Assembly (NCBI GenBank): GCA_965200245.1
Contig: CBDATS010000004.1
Span: forward strand, 288,001 to 352,000
Direction: 5' to 3'
Length of the DNA stretch: 64,000 bases
Source: a bacterium
Lineage (GTDB): Bacteria > UBA8248
In this document: positions 40,140 through 50,160 of the stretch, piece after piece
Layout of the letters: each line of letters begins with the position of its first letter
Numbering within the stretch: position 1 is the first letter of the stretch
Notes under the pieces: generated by a model
What the model saw: the letters and a program-made list of their open reading frames with translations, nothing else
Told to the model about the DNA's origin: nothing
Databases searched by the model: none
Made by a program: the position numbers and the translations under genes

Positions 40140-42200
40140 ATGACGCCCACGCGGGAAATCTACTGGAACATAGTCCTGGGACCCCTGATCTACCTGTTCG
40201 CCGCAGCGGCCATCGGCGTGATGTCCTACGGCATATACCAGCGTGTGCGTCTCTGGAGGTTGGGCGGAGGAGAGATCAGGACCGACAATCCAGCAAAACG
40301 CCTCTGGGGCGTAGTGGACGAGTTGCTTTTCCACCGCCGGATGCTGCGGGACACCTACCCTGGCCTCATGCACTTGTTCATCTTCTACGGCTTTTTCGTC
40401 GAACTCGTCGCCACGTCGATGATTGCCGTTCAGGAATGGACGGGAATCCATTACCTGAAGGGAAACCTCTACCTGGGCTATTCGCTGCTGAGCGACGGCT
40501 TTGGACTCTTGGGGATCGTCGGCATACTCATGGCCCTTTGGCGGCGTCTGGTGATGAAGCCCGAACGAATGAACTCGGTGCTCGACGACTATCTCGCGCT
40601 GTGGCTGCTGCTGCTCGTCTTCGTCCAGGGTTTTGTCGTAGAGGGGCTGCGCATCGCTGCGACGGAACTACGGGACAATCCGTCTCTCGCCCCATGGTCA
40701 CCTGGCGGCTATGCAGTCGCCCTCACCCTTCAGGGTTTGAGCGTCGAGACGCTTAAATTCCTGCACCGCATCAACTGGTGGTTCCACTCCATCACGGCGT
40801 TCGTACTGCTTGGCTACATGGGTTTCGGGAAGTTCAATCACATCTGGTACGGCCTGTTGAACATGTTCTGCAGAAACCTGAACCCCAGCGGCAAGCTGAG
40901 CTTCATCGACATCGAGGCAACGATGGAAGCGGACCCCGAGGCCATAGAAACCCTGGGCGTGGAAAAAATCGAGGGCTACACCTGGAAAAACCTGCTCGAT
41001 CTGGACGCCTGCACGAATTGCGGCCGCTGCCAGGATGTCTGCCCCGCCTACATGAGCGGCGTGCCGCTCAGTCCCAAAAAACTGATCCAGGACATGAAGG
41101 CACACCTGAGCGAGGTGGGTCCGGCAACACTTGAGGAAAACGGTGAAGCTGGTGAGCGATCACCCCTGTTCGGTGAGCCCGGGGACGAATCCGCCGTACT
41201 TGAGGAAGAACTCTGGGGCTGCCGCACCTGCGGGGCCTGCCAGCAGGAGTGCCCTGTGTTCATCGAGCACATCCCTAAGATGGTGGATATGCGTCGCTAC
41301 CTCGTGATGATGGAATCCAAAACGAGCGAGGACGCGCGCCAGTTCCTGAAGTCCATGGACGAGCGGCTCCACCCCTGGGTGGGCGCACAGCACAATCGGG
41401 AGGAATGGTACGAGGGTCTGGACGTGAAAGTCCTCTCGAGCGGAGAGAAAGCAGAATACCTCTACTGGGTGGGCTGCACGGGCTCGATGATCGACCGAAA
41501 CATCGAGGTGTCGCGGGCGATGGTGAAGATTCTCGCCGCTGCGGGGGTGGACTTCGCCATCCTGGGTGCGGAGGAGGTCTGCACGGGCGATCCGGCCCGG
41601 CGGGTCGGGGGCGAATTTACCTTCCAAATGTGCGCGAAGCAGAACATCGAGACCCTGAACAGCTATGAGGTGGAAAAAATCATTACCACCTGCCCCCATT
41701 GCTTCAACACGTACAAGAACGAATACCCCGACTTCGGGGGAAACTACGAGGTGGTGCACCATACGCAACTCATCGCGGAACTCATCAAATCCGGAAAACT
41801 CAAGCTCAAGAAATCGCTCGGATCCCTCACCTACCACGACCCGTGCTACCTGGGCCGCCACAACGGCGTATACGATGCGCCGCGCGAGGTTCTTCACCAG
41901 ATTTCGGACGGCGGCTTCACCGAACTGGCACGCAATCGTTCGCGCTCGCTGTGCTGCGGCGCAGGTGGCGGCTACGCCTGGATGGACGATGAACCCCAAA
42001 AGCGCATCAACCACGAACGTCTCGAGGACGTGAAGGCCTGCGGGGCCAAAACAGCCGCCGTCTCCTGCCCTTTCTGTATGCAGATGTTCGATGACGCATT
42101 GAAAGCGATCGACCCCGAGAAGACCATCCGCGCCGCCGACATCGCCGAACTCGTCGCCGAAGCGATAGAAGAACAGACACCGGAAAGCTCCTTTCCCTGA
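40140..42200 (+). CDS. Membrane-bound Fe-S oxidoreductase (NarI-like TM + 4Fe-4S + CCG domains; FadF/HdrD-like)
   Basis: TM region with His residues, CTNCGRCQDVCP, CRTCGACQQECP, WVGC, TCPHC, YHDPCYLGR, CCGAGG, CPFC. Confidence 0.9.
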   Translation: MTPTREIYWNIVLGPLIYLFAAAAIGVMSYGIYQRVRLWRLGGGEIRTDNPAKRLWGVVDELLFHRRMLRDTYPGLMHLFIFYGFFVELVATSMIAVQEWTGIHYLKGNLYLGYSLLSDGFGLLGIVGILMALWRRLVMKPERMNSVLDDYLALWLLLLVFVQGFVVEGLRIAATELRDNPSLAPWSPGGYAVALTLQGLSVETLKFLHRINWWFHSITAFVLLGYMGFGKFNHIWYGLLNMFCRNLNPSGKLSFIDIEATMEADPEAIETLGVEKIEGYTWKNLLDLDACTNCGRCQDVCPAYMSGVPLSPKKLIQDMKAHLSEVGPATLEENGEAGERSPLFGEPGDESAVLEEELWGCRTCGACQQECPVFIEHIPKMVDMRRYLVMMESKTSEDARQFLKSMDERLHPWVGAQHNREEWYEGLDVKVLSSGEKAEYLYWVGCTGSMIDRNIEVSRAMVKILAAAGVDFAILGAEEVCTGDPARRVGGEFTFQMCAKQNIETLNSYEVEKIITTCPHCFNTYKNEYPDFGGNYEVVHHTQLIAELIKSGKLKLKKSLGSLTYHDPCYLGRHNGVYDAPREVLHQISDGGFTELARNRSRSLCCGAGGGYAWMDDEPQKRINHERLEDVKACGAKTAAVSCPFCMQMFDDALKAIDPEKTIRAADIAELVAEAIEEQTPESSFP

Positions 42201-42795
42201 CTAACGCGCCATCAAGACTGGATTTTCGCTCTATTTTTTTCGTCCAACCGCCATTTTCGTGGCAAATATCCATAATCGCCCCCTTGGAGTGCTTTCACTT
42301 TTGCAAAATAAATACAAAAGCAATATCATAGATCGAGCGCACCTTCGCTAGGTGTCGGTAGGTGATGATAGGCTTTGGGAATTATGGCCTAACTACGCAA
42401 ACCACGGTATATGGTATCTAATGGAAAGATATTCCGACTATATGATGTGGAATTATGGTTAAGTGTATAATCCCCATACATTGCTGAAAACAATTAATTG
42501 GTTGACTCCCAACGGATTTACCATCTAGACTAAACCCATAATTCAATCTGTGGAAGAATTGTTCCCGACGGTTGACATTATCGGTTCGACTTTTTATATG
42601 CTTGATGAAAATACCTTGTATCAGGGTGACCACAATGTCGGATTGTAGCTGGAACACCAGCTATATCTGGCACGTCGCGGATGATGCGCTACGCGGTCTG
42701 TATATGGACGAGACGGATGTCATCTTATTCGGGGACGAGAACCATACGAAGGCGTCACAGGAAGTCCCAAAACCGAGGGAGACGACAGTCTAGCC

Positions 42796-43437
42796 GTGTC
42801 GATGCCTGCCGAACCGAAGATATACCATATCGTCCATATCGATCGGTTACCTTCAATCATTGCGGAGAATGGTCTCCTTTGTGACGCGGAGATTGCCCGA
42901 CGTTCACTCCCCGGCACCAACATCGGTATGAACAACATCAAACGACGACGGCTCCAGGAATTGACTCTTGATAGTCATCCCCGTCTTCATGTCGGGGACT
43001 GCGTTCCTTTCTACTTTTGCCCGCGATCAATTATGCTGTATGTAATCCATCGCGCAAATAGTCCAGAACTTACTTATCGGGGCGGGCAAACGCCAATTAT
43101 TCACTTGGAGGCGAATTTGTATCAGGCGGTCGCCTGGGCGGAAAAGCACGGCCGACGCTGGGCATTCACGACATCGAACGCGGGCACCCGATTCTTTGAA
43201 GATTATTCCGACCTTACTCAATTGGACAAAGTTGACTGGCAAGCCGTGCGAGCTACGGACTGGCAGAATTACAAACATGAGAAACAGGCAGAATTCCTTG
43301 TCGAAAAACAGTTTCCCTAGCGGCTGGTTTCCCGCATCGGAGTAATGTCGCAGCAAGTCTATCAACAGGTCTTGGCAACCCTTGCAGTTTCCGATCACAA
43401 GCCACATGTCAAAATCGAATCCGGCTGGTATTATTGA
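42796..43437 (+). pseudogene. darT: DNA ADP-ribosyltransferase toxin DarT (DUF4433) with an internal TAG at 43318-43320
   Basis: IYHIVH, VPFYFCPRS, SNAG, KQAEFLV; FP*RLVSRIGV...GWYY continues in frame to TGA 43437. Confidence 0.88.
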
Positions 43438-43450
43438 AATCAGGAGGAGA

Positions 43451-44506
43451 ATGGCCATGATTGAATACAAGACCGGTGATATCCTCGCTGAAGAATCTGA
43501 AGCCCTGGTCAACACTGTCAATTGCGTCGGAATCATGGGGCGTGGCATAGCCTTGCAGTTCAAGCGCACCTTTCCCGAGAACTTCAAAGCCTACGCTGCC
43601 CTTTGCAAGCACAACGAGATACAACCGGGGAATATGTTCGTTTTCGAGACGAATCGATTGACGAATCCACGCTACATCATCAACTTCCCGACCAAACGAC
43701 ACTGGCGGGGCAAAGGCCGCATGGAAGACATCGAGTCCGGTTTGGCATCCCTCGTGGAGGAGATCCGGGAGCGGAACATTCGCTCAATCGCCATCCCCCC
43801 GCTTGGTTGCGGACTTGGTGGCTTGAATTGGCCGGAAGTCCGCGAACGACTCCAAGCATCTATGGCGGAACTGAATGAAGTACAAATTACCATATTCGAG
43901 CCGGGTGGAGGGCCAGCGGATGAACAACCAAACTTTTCGAGCGATATCCCGGAAATGACAACCGGTCGGGCCGCACTGGTTGCGCTGATGAGCCGCTATC
44001 TCGGTGGACTGCTGGACCCGTTCGTGACGTTGCTGGAGGTGCACAAGCTCATGTACTTCATGCAGGAATCCGGGGAGAAACTGAATCTCAGATATCAGGA
44101 AGCGGCTTATGGGCCGTACGCCGAAAATCTGCGACACGTCCTGCGCAAGGTGGAGGGACATTTCACTACCGGATACGACGACGGGGAAGATAACCCTGGC
44201 AAGGAACTTGAACTCGTGCCCGGGGCAATCGACGATGCGAACGCCTTTCTTGAAAATTACCCGGAAACGCACGCACGTTTCAACAGAGTCGCCGATCTCG
44301 TCGATGGGTTTGAATCTCCTTTTGGTCTGGAATTACTCGCTACCGTGCATTGGGTCATCAACAAGAAGGAAGCGCAGACAATCGACGACGTGATAAGGAG
44401 AACCTACGCCTGGAATGAGAGAAAAAAACAGTTCTCAAAGCGCCAAATTAAACTTGCAGTCGACGTATTGGCCGAGAAGGGCTGGATTGAAAGCCATGGT
44501 ATGTAG
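43451..44506 (+). CDS. darG: Macrodomain antitoxin DarG
   Basis: LVNTVNCVGIMGRGIALQFK, INFPTK.HWR, PPLGCGLGG; C-terminal KLMYF..YGPY and ELLATVHW. Confidence 0.93.
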   Translation: MAMIEYKTGDILAEESEALVNTVNCVGIMGRGIALQFKRTFPENFKAYAALCKHNEIQPGNMFVFETNRLTNPRYIINFPTKRHWRGKGRMEDIESGLASLVEEIRERNIRSIAIPPLGCGLGGLNWPEVRERLQASMAELNEVQITIFEPGGGPADEQPNFSSDIPEMTTGRAALVALMSRYLGGLLDPFVTLLEVHKLMYFMQESGEKLNLRYQEAAYGPYAENLRHVLRKVEGHFTTGYDDGEDNPGKELELVPGAIDDANAFLENYPETHARFNRVADLVDGFESPFGLELLATVHWVINKKEAQTIDDVIRRTYAWNERKKQFSKRQIKLAVDVLAEKGWIESHGM

Positions 44507-44698
44507 TACTTCAATACCCATATCGTCTCACCATAACCGATACTTTGATAGCGTGAACGTGAACCACCACATATCACGACTGATAGATAATGGATAAGGG
44601 GAACTATATATCAGGGTTGAGAATTGATCTTTCGCCATGCCACCTTGCATGAACGTGGACGATCCCTTCCAGATGATCGTCGAGAGTGGCTGGAGTTT

Positions 44699-44872
44699 TT
44701 AGAACAGGGCGATCGCGGCGACAATCAAGCCAGCAGCTGAAAAAATGCCCGCCAATAACCATACCTTCAAGTTTGCTACGCTAACTTCAATATCCGCCTT
44801 CGTGGCCATGCGTTTTTCGAGGAAGTCCATTTTCTCCTCCAACCTAATGATACAGTTTTCATGATCATTCAT
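44699..44872 (-). CDS. Small coiled-coil plus C-terminal TM protein (ATKxD motif, DUF1640/CCDC90-like)
   Basis: MNDHENCIIRLEEKM...MATKADIE...LKVWLLAG plus hydrophobic tail. Confidence 0.5.
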   Translation of the reverse strand: MNDHENCIIRLEEKMDFLEKRMATKADIEVSVANLKVWLLAGIFSAAGLIVAAIALF

Positions 44873-45002
44873 ACGTAAATCTTCGCCGTTTTGACGCGGC
44901 GGCGTCAATGTTATTGCTTGCGTATTTGTAAAGCATTGTTTTTTCTCTCGCCAGAAGTGGTGCGGGTGGGGTCCCACGGACAAAATTTCTAAGCTGATTT
45001 AG

Positions 45003-45191
45003 GTCGCCAAAATTGGTGAGCAGGTTGCTCCAAGAGATAAATGTATAGTAACAGAAACGGATATCGAGAAGTTGAAAGTCTGGATCCTTGGTGGGGTGTT
45101 ATCAGCAATCGTCGTTACTATAGTCATTGGCACTACTGTGGTCAAAGCGTTTTTCCAGAGCAATCGAATCCATAATCCCCTGCGGATTTAA
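45003..45191 (+). pseudogene. Remnant of a similar small TM protein
   Basis: VTETDIEKLKVWILGGVLSAIVV...; upstream in-frame TAG and no start codon. Confidence 0.4.
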
Positions 45192-45265
45192 ATATAATTC
45201 CCCTAATTTGAGATTCTGTGTCCTCGCCTATAATTTCCATTGATTTTTACGGGTTAACAGGAAAT

Positions 45266-46507
45266 TCAGGCGATAACGACGTGTTCGCGGTGTGGCTCTC
45301 CCAAGTGCGTCATCCCCGTATCGGTCACCAAGACCGTATATTCCGCGTGCACGCCGCCTTTCCCGAATTTGCCCGAGGGCAGTTCCACAGAGAGCACTGC
45401 TCCTGCGGGAAGCGGGATGTCCGAATCCGGCGGCAGAAAGGGGTCGACCAGCTTCACGGGTTCGCTCAAAGTACAAGGCAACTCGCGTGCCTCAATGCCT
45501 ATTGTGTGTCCGCAGAATGCGCCGTTGTAACGAGGCAGGCCTGATTTTTTCGCCGCCGCCACCGCCGCACGAAAAATCTCAGAAGGCTTAACACCAGCAC
45601 GGATAACGCCGAAAGCGGCCTCCAGTCCCGCCTGAATGGCATTCCACTGCGCCTTGCGCTCTGCGTTCGGATCACCGAACGAGCCGCAACAACCCACATC
45701 CGCACAGTAGTGGTTCAGCCGCATACCGGCGTCAAAGAAAAAACCGTCTCCAGACTCGAATTTTCGCTCAGATGGCGGAAAGATTGACGCCGAGCGCCTC
45801 CCGCCTCCCAGATGAAACCAACTCCATTTTCCGCCTCCCGCAGCCACGGTACGGTAGTAATGACTCGCCACCTCGCACTCGCTGAGTCCAACGGCCATCT
45901 CCTGGTGGAACGCGACTACGGCCCGTTCGTTCAAAAGTGCCGCGGTGCGCATGCGATCAATTTCTTCTTCGGTTTTTTGGAGGCGAATCAGTCGAAACAG
46001 ATTCGAGGCGTTCAAAAAAACCACGCCCGGCAAAGCCGCCTCGAGTGCACCATGCGTGCCAGGCCGAATTCCCTCGTTGTCGAGCGCCACTTTTCCGCTA
46101 GAAAGGCCCCGTTCCCGCAAAATTCTCAGCAGGGCATCCGCTGAATTTGCCTCACGCGGAGCGTCTTCGGCGATGAGAGATATGTAATTTCTCTCCTCTT
46201 CGGTGGCTCCCGCCTCATCGGACGCCATATCGAGCGCCGAGCGGGGACCATAGCCCCTCACATCCTGAATCCACGAACCCGTCGCCGCATAGTAAGTCTC
46301 ATCCTGACGGGAGAGTACCAGCGCGGGCGGGGAGGATTCGTCCCGAAAAAACAGGACGAAAGTCTCTGTCGTGGCGTCTCCATAGGTATATTGCGCCCAG
46401 CCCTGAAAACCTGAGAGATACAGGACATTGTGGCGTGTGGCCGCTATGAGCGCATCAAGATCGAACCTCTCCATATATTCGAGTGCACGTCCTTTGTGGA
46501 AAAGCAT
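45266..46507 (-). CDS. M24 (Xaa-Pro peptidase/creatinase) family hydrolase
   Basis: Creatinase-type N-domain, IRLQKTEEEI, D..D (FDAG..YCAD), GHTIG, ELP, AEYTV. Confidence 0.85.
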   Translation of the reverse strand: MLFHKGRALEYMERFDLDALIAATRHNVLYLSGFQGWAQYTYGDATTETFVLFFRDESSPPALVLSRQDETYYAATGSWIQDVRGYGPRSALDMASDEAGATEEERNYISLIAEDAPREANSADALLRILRERGLSSGKVALDNEGIRPGTHGALEAALPGVVFLNASNLFRLIRLQKTEEEIDRMRTAALLNERAVVAFHQEMAVGLSECEVASHYYRTVAAGGGKWSWFHLGGGRRSASIFPPSERKFESGDGFFFDAGMRLNHYCADVGCCGSFGDPNAERKAQWNAIQAGLEAAFGVIRAGVKPSEIFRAAVAAAKKSGLPRYNGAFCGHTIGIEARELPCTLSEPVKLVDPFLPPDSDIPLPAGAVLSVELPSGKFGKGGVHAEYTVLVTDTGMTHLGEPHREHVVIA

Positions 46508-46546
46508 GAATATCCTCTGAGAAAAATAGACGACTACGGCTGAAAA

Positions 46547-49500
46547 TCAGGCTCGCCTGAAGTCTCTGATTTGCCGTACGAGCGGAATAGTGCCGCAAAC
46601 TAAACCCGTTGCAAGCATAGCAACGCTGAAGAAAATAACAAACAGAATGAATGTGACGAAGCAGACAAACAAGAGGAATCGTTCGTATGTATAGAGTCTT
46701 TCCAAAAGCCAGCCCTGGGTTCCCGCCGAGAAAGCGATGAATCCCAGAAGCGTAATGGATGCGGAAAGTACAACGCGCAACGGACTCGCGAAAGTAAGCA
46801 GCGCCGGGTCGAACATAAACAAAAAAGGAACGATAAAGCCCACGATAGCGAAGCGCAGGGACATCATGGATGTCTTGAAATAAGGGGCTCCCGCCAGCTT
46901 GGCACCCACGAGCGAAGCTATTGCCACGGGCGGCGTAATGGCGGAGAGAATCGCAAAATAGAAGATGAACATATGGGCTGCTACCCGGTCACCCTTGGAG
47001 GCCACGAACTCCTTGACCCATTCCGCACCATAGATATGTGTGAGTTCCGGCCCAACGAGCTTGATAAGCACGGGCCCACCCAGAATAGCAAGCAACACAT
47101 AGGCAGCCGTAGTCGGCATTCCCATGCCCAAAATCGCACAGCAAACCGCAGTGAGCAGAAGCGCAACGAAAAAACCATCGAGACCAATATAATATGCGCA
47201 GCCGCCACCCGCAGCGACGCCGAACAGACATATATCCTGGGCAAGGGCCTCGATCATGAAGGCGAACTTGTTGCCCACGCCCGTGATGGTCAGAACCTGC
47301 ACAACGACCTCGATGGTGGCCAGGGTTACGGCGAACTCGGCCCCCTGCCTGCCACCTACCCGCAAGGCATCACGGATACTGAAAATCCATGTGGATGCGC
47401 CTTGCGCGGCCTGTACGTCTGGACCCGTCTCGCCCGTATTTTTCGCTCGCTGCAAGTAGGTAAACGGATTGCACGACACGGCCAACACCTGCTTCACGCT
47501 TGGCACAGGTTCATCAGCCTCGGGTTGTTGCGAACCGAACGAAAATATTACCCTTTGGACAATGAAGGCCAACCCAAAAAAGATAAGGCCGTCATAGATA
47601 AATCCGAATGGAACGAACCATTCGCCGAAGTCCGCTATGGCGGGGACAAGCGTATAAATCCCTTTTTGCGCATAATAGGCTCCCACCCAAATGATGGCGA
47701 AATACCAGGGTATCGTCGTGGAGGGTTGCACACCATTTCCCCGGAAAATGGACAGTGCACAAAGCAGAATCAGTACAATTGCGAGCCCGGCAACACCTGG
47801 AGTCCAGCCCAAAACACCCCAAAAACCCACAAAGGTAAGTGGATAAATTGCAAGCCAATTCCGCTCGATCTCACGCCAGAATTCAGCCACCCAGGAGAGC
47901 AGGCGAGCGGAAACACTCACCAGAACGAAACCTGTAACGATCATGGACAGGGCGGCCGTAATTGCTGCACTCCAGGTCGGCTTCCCATATATCCCCAATG
48001 GCAACCCGAAACCCAACTCAAAAACCGAGAGAAATGCAAATACGAAGAAGACGAATACCCAAAAAGTGACCGGCACAAAAACGAATACATCATCCGCGAT
48101 GGTCTTATCACCCCGCCTCAGCGTACCCAGAAATTCCGTCACATTCCGGTAAAACCAAATGCCCACCATGATGAATACCGACATGACACCCGCAAACACG
48201 GGCGTTCTGCCCTCAAAGAGGAAATAGACCAAAAACGCCAGAGGCACGAGATAGAACCACCCGTTCTTGAGTTCCTCTTTCCAACTCGGAATCTCGGAAG
48301 CGGGCAATGGCTGTATATTCAGCGCCCCGGCTGCAAAGTGGATGTTGATCCCCACGATGGTGAAATACAAGACCGCAGGTATGGTGGCATATCCGATGAT
48401 ATGGAAATATGGCACCTCGATGAGTTCGCTCATGATAAAGGCGCCAGCCCCCATGACAGGCGGCATAATCTGTCCACCGCTGCTAGCCGCCGCCTCTGCC
48501 GCTCCGGCAATGTGCGGGCTGAGCCCGATACGCTTCATCAAGGGAATTGTGAACGTACCGGTGGTAACGACGTTCCCGGATGCGCTCCCAGACACCGTAC
48601 CCATGAGCGCGCTCGAACCAACTGCAGCGAGACCAGCACCCGCGCGCATCTTGCCGAACAGGCCTAAAGCGAAATTCACAAAAAAACGGCCTGCACCCGA
48701 TTCGTGTAAAAATGCTCCCAGAATAAGAAACATGATGATAAACGTGGCCGAGATAACAACCAGAAAGCCCAATACGCCACCGATAAAATCCGTTGACAGT
48801 TTGGCCTGAAGCTCAATCCATGTGTGACCACCATGACCAAAAGGAGGAGCGAAAAGATTGCCCCAGATGCCATAAGCGAAGGCAATCACCGCCAAAGTCG
48901 GAAGTGGAGGACCGAAACAACGTCTCGTCAACTCAAGGGCGACAACGAGCATGACGAAACCGACACGCGCATCTCCAATTGTCGGGGCGCCCGGTCGATC
49001 GACCATCTCCTCGTGGTAGTAGAATAAGTACAGACAAGCCGTTGCTACGAAAAAAAGCATGCCTGCGTTCAAGCCAATCGTGAAACCAGCCGGAAAAGGA
49101 TGCGCGGGATATTCTTCGAATACTTCCTTGATGCGTCTTTTGGCCCAGAAAAGAGGAAATGCGAAGACAACTACCGGCCAGAGGTAGAAAGCGCTTCTCA
49201 CCTCATCACTTTGCCCGGCCCACAACCCTACTCGCCACCCAATCAGAATGAGCGCTACGAAAAACACCCCCAGAAAAACACCCGCTTTTTTCACCCCCTC
49301 GGCGGGCCTGAAAAAGATCGCGAACAAGGTCCACATCACGGGAATTGCGGAGCACGTGATCAACAACCACCAGAATGTGGGCTCATGCGTGCTTTCAGGT
49401 AAGGAATCCCAATACCAGTACAGTATGGGCGCAGGAACGAACCCCAAAACCCACAGCAAAAGCGCGAGCCATGATTTTTCAACGACCATCATGGCTATCC

Positions 49501-49861
49501 ATATGACGAACGGGAGCGCATATACCCACCAAACACTCCAATCAGACCAGCCTTCTCCCATTTCATAAACAAAGTAGTAGAAAATGACGGCGGGAAACAA
49601 AGACAAGACATACAAGACCGGGAGAAGTTTCAGTTTTCGGATCCTGTCGCCATATATCCGCGGCATCGCGCCGGCACCGCCGATGAGAAGAATGCTGTAG
49701 GCCAACAACATGTGCATGTTGGGGTGCATCTCGCCTGGCAAAGGCCGCAGGTAGACCGCGGAGATATGATAGAGCCCCGAAAGCACGCATAGCCAGGAAG
49801 TGATGAAAACCAGAGCTCTTACGAGAGGAGCTGACTGGGTCGGATCAGATTCGGCGTTCAT
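46547..49861 (-). CDS. TAXI-type TRAP fused permease (DctQM-like), unusually long (1104 aa)
   Basis: ELTRR..G, SGS..GNV.TTGTFTIPLMK, AASSGGQIMPPVMGAGAF, LGMGMPT, AAHMFIFY..ITPPV. Confidence 0.9.
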   Translation of the reverse strand: MNAESDPTQSAPLVRALVFITSWLCVLSGLYHISAVYLRPLPGEMHPNMHMLLAYSILLIGGAGAMPRIYGDRIRKLKLLPVLYVLSLFPAVIFYYFVYEMGEGWSDWSVWWVYALPFVIWIAMMVVEKSWLALLLWVLGFVPAPILYWYWDSLPESTHEPTFWWLLITCSAIPVMWTLFAIFFRPAEGVKKAGVFLGVFFVALILIGWRVGLWAGQSDEVRSAFYLWPVVVFAFPLFWAKRRIKEVFEEYPAHPFPAGFTIGLNAGMLFFVATACLYLFYYHEEMVDRPGAPTIGDARVGFVMLVVALELTRRCFGPPLPTLAVIAFAYGIWGNLFAPPFGHGGHTWIELQAKLSTDFIGGVLGFLVVISATFIIMFLILGAFLHESGAGRFFVNFALGLFGKMRAGAGLAAVGSSALMGTVSGSASGNVVTTGTFTIPLMKRIGLSPHIAGAAEAAASSGGQIMPPVMGAGAFIMSELIEVPYFHIIGYATIPAVLYFTIVGINIHFAAGALNIQPLPASEIPSWKEELKNGWFYLVPLAFLVYFLFEGRTPVFAGVMSVFIMVGIWFYRNVTEFLGTLRRGDKTIADDVFVFVPVTFWVFVFFVFAFLSVFELGFGLPLGIYGKPTWSAAITAALSMIVTGFVLVSVSARLLSWVAEFWREIERNWLAIYPLTFVGFWGVLGWTPGVAGLAIVLILLCALSIFRGNGVQPSTTIPWYFAIIWVGAYYAQKGIYTLVPAIADFGEWFVPFGFIYDGLIFFGLAFIVQRVIFSFGSQQPEADEPVPSVKQVLAVSCNPFTYLQRAKNTGETGPDVQAAQGASTWIFSIRDALRVGGRQGAEFAVTLATIEVVVQVLTITGVGNKFAFMIEALAQDICLFGVAAGGGCAYYIGLDGFFVALLLTAVCCAILGMGMPTTAAYVLLAILGGPVLIKLVGPELTHIYGAEWVKEFVASKGDRVAAHMFIFYFAILSAITPPVAIASLVGAKLAGAPYFKTSMMSLRFAIVGFIVPFLFMFDPALLTFASPLRVVLSASITLLGFIAFSAGTQGWLLERLYTYERFLLFVCFVTFILFVIFFSVAMLATGLVCGTIPLVRQIRDFRRA

Positions 49862-50160
49862 GTTTCCCCTTCTTTCTCCACCGAGGTGGATTCATCATGG
49901 CAATTCGCAAACTACCTGTTGATTCAATCCACGTCATTCTAGCGGATAGGCTTGCTGTTTTTCCAGCGACTCACAAGATTCGCCCAAATGCCTTCCGAAC
50001 TTTGTACCTGACAACTTCACCTGGCACTTGACCAAACCGCATGGTTTTGTTTAAGTATTCGCACCTCGATAAACCTTCAGGATATGAGATTTTATTCATG
50101 AGTCTCGGATTTACAACTCGAAACGATCAAGTAATTTTCACTACCCAAAAGGAGATGCGA

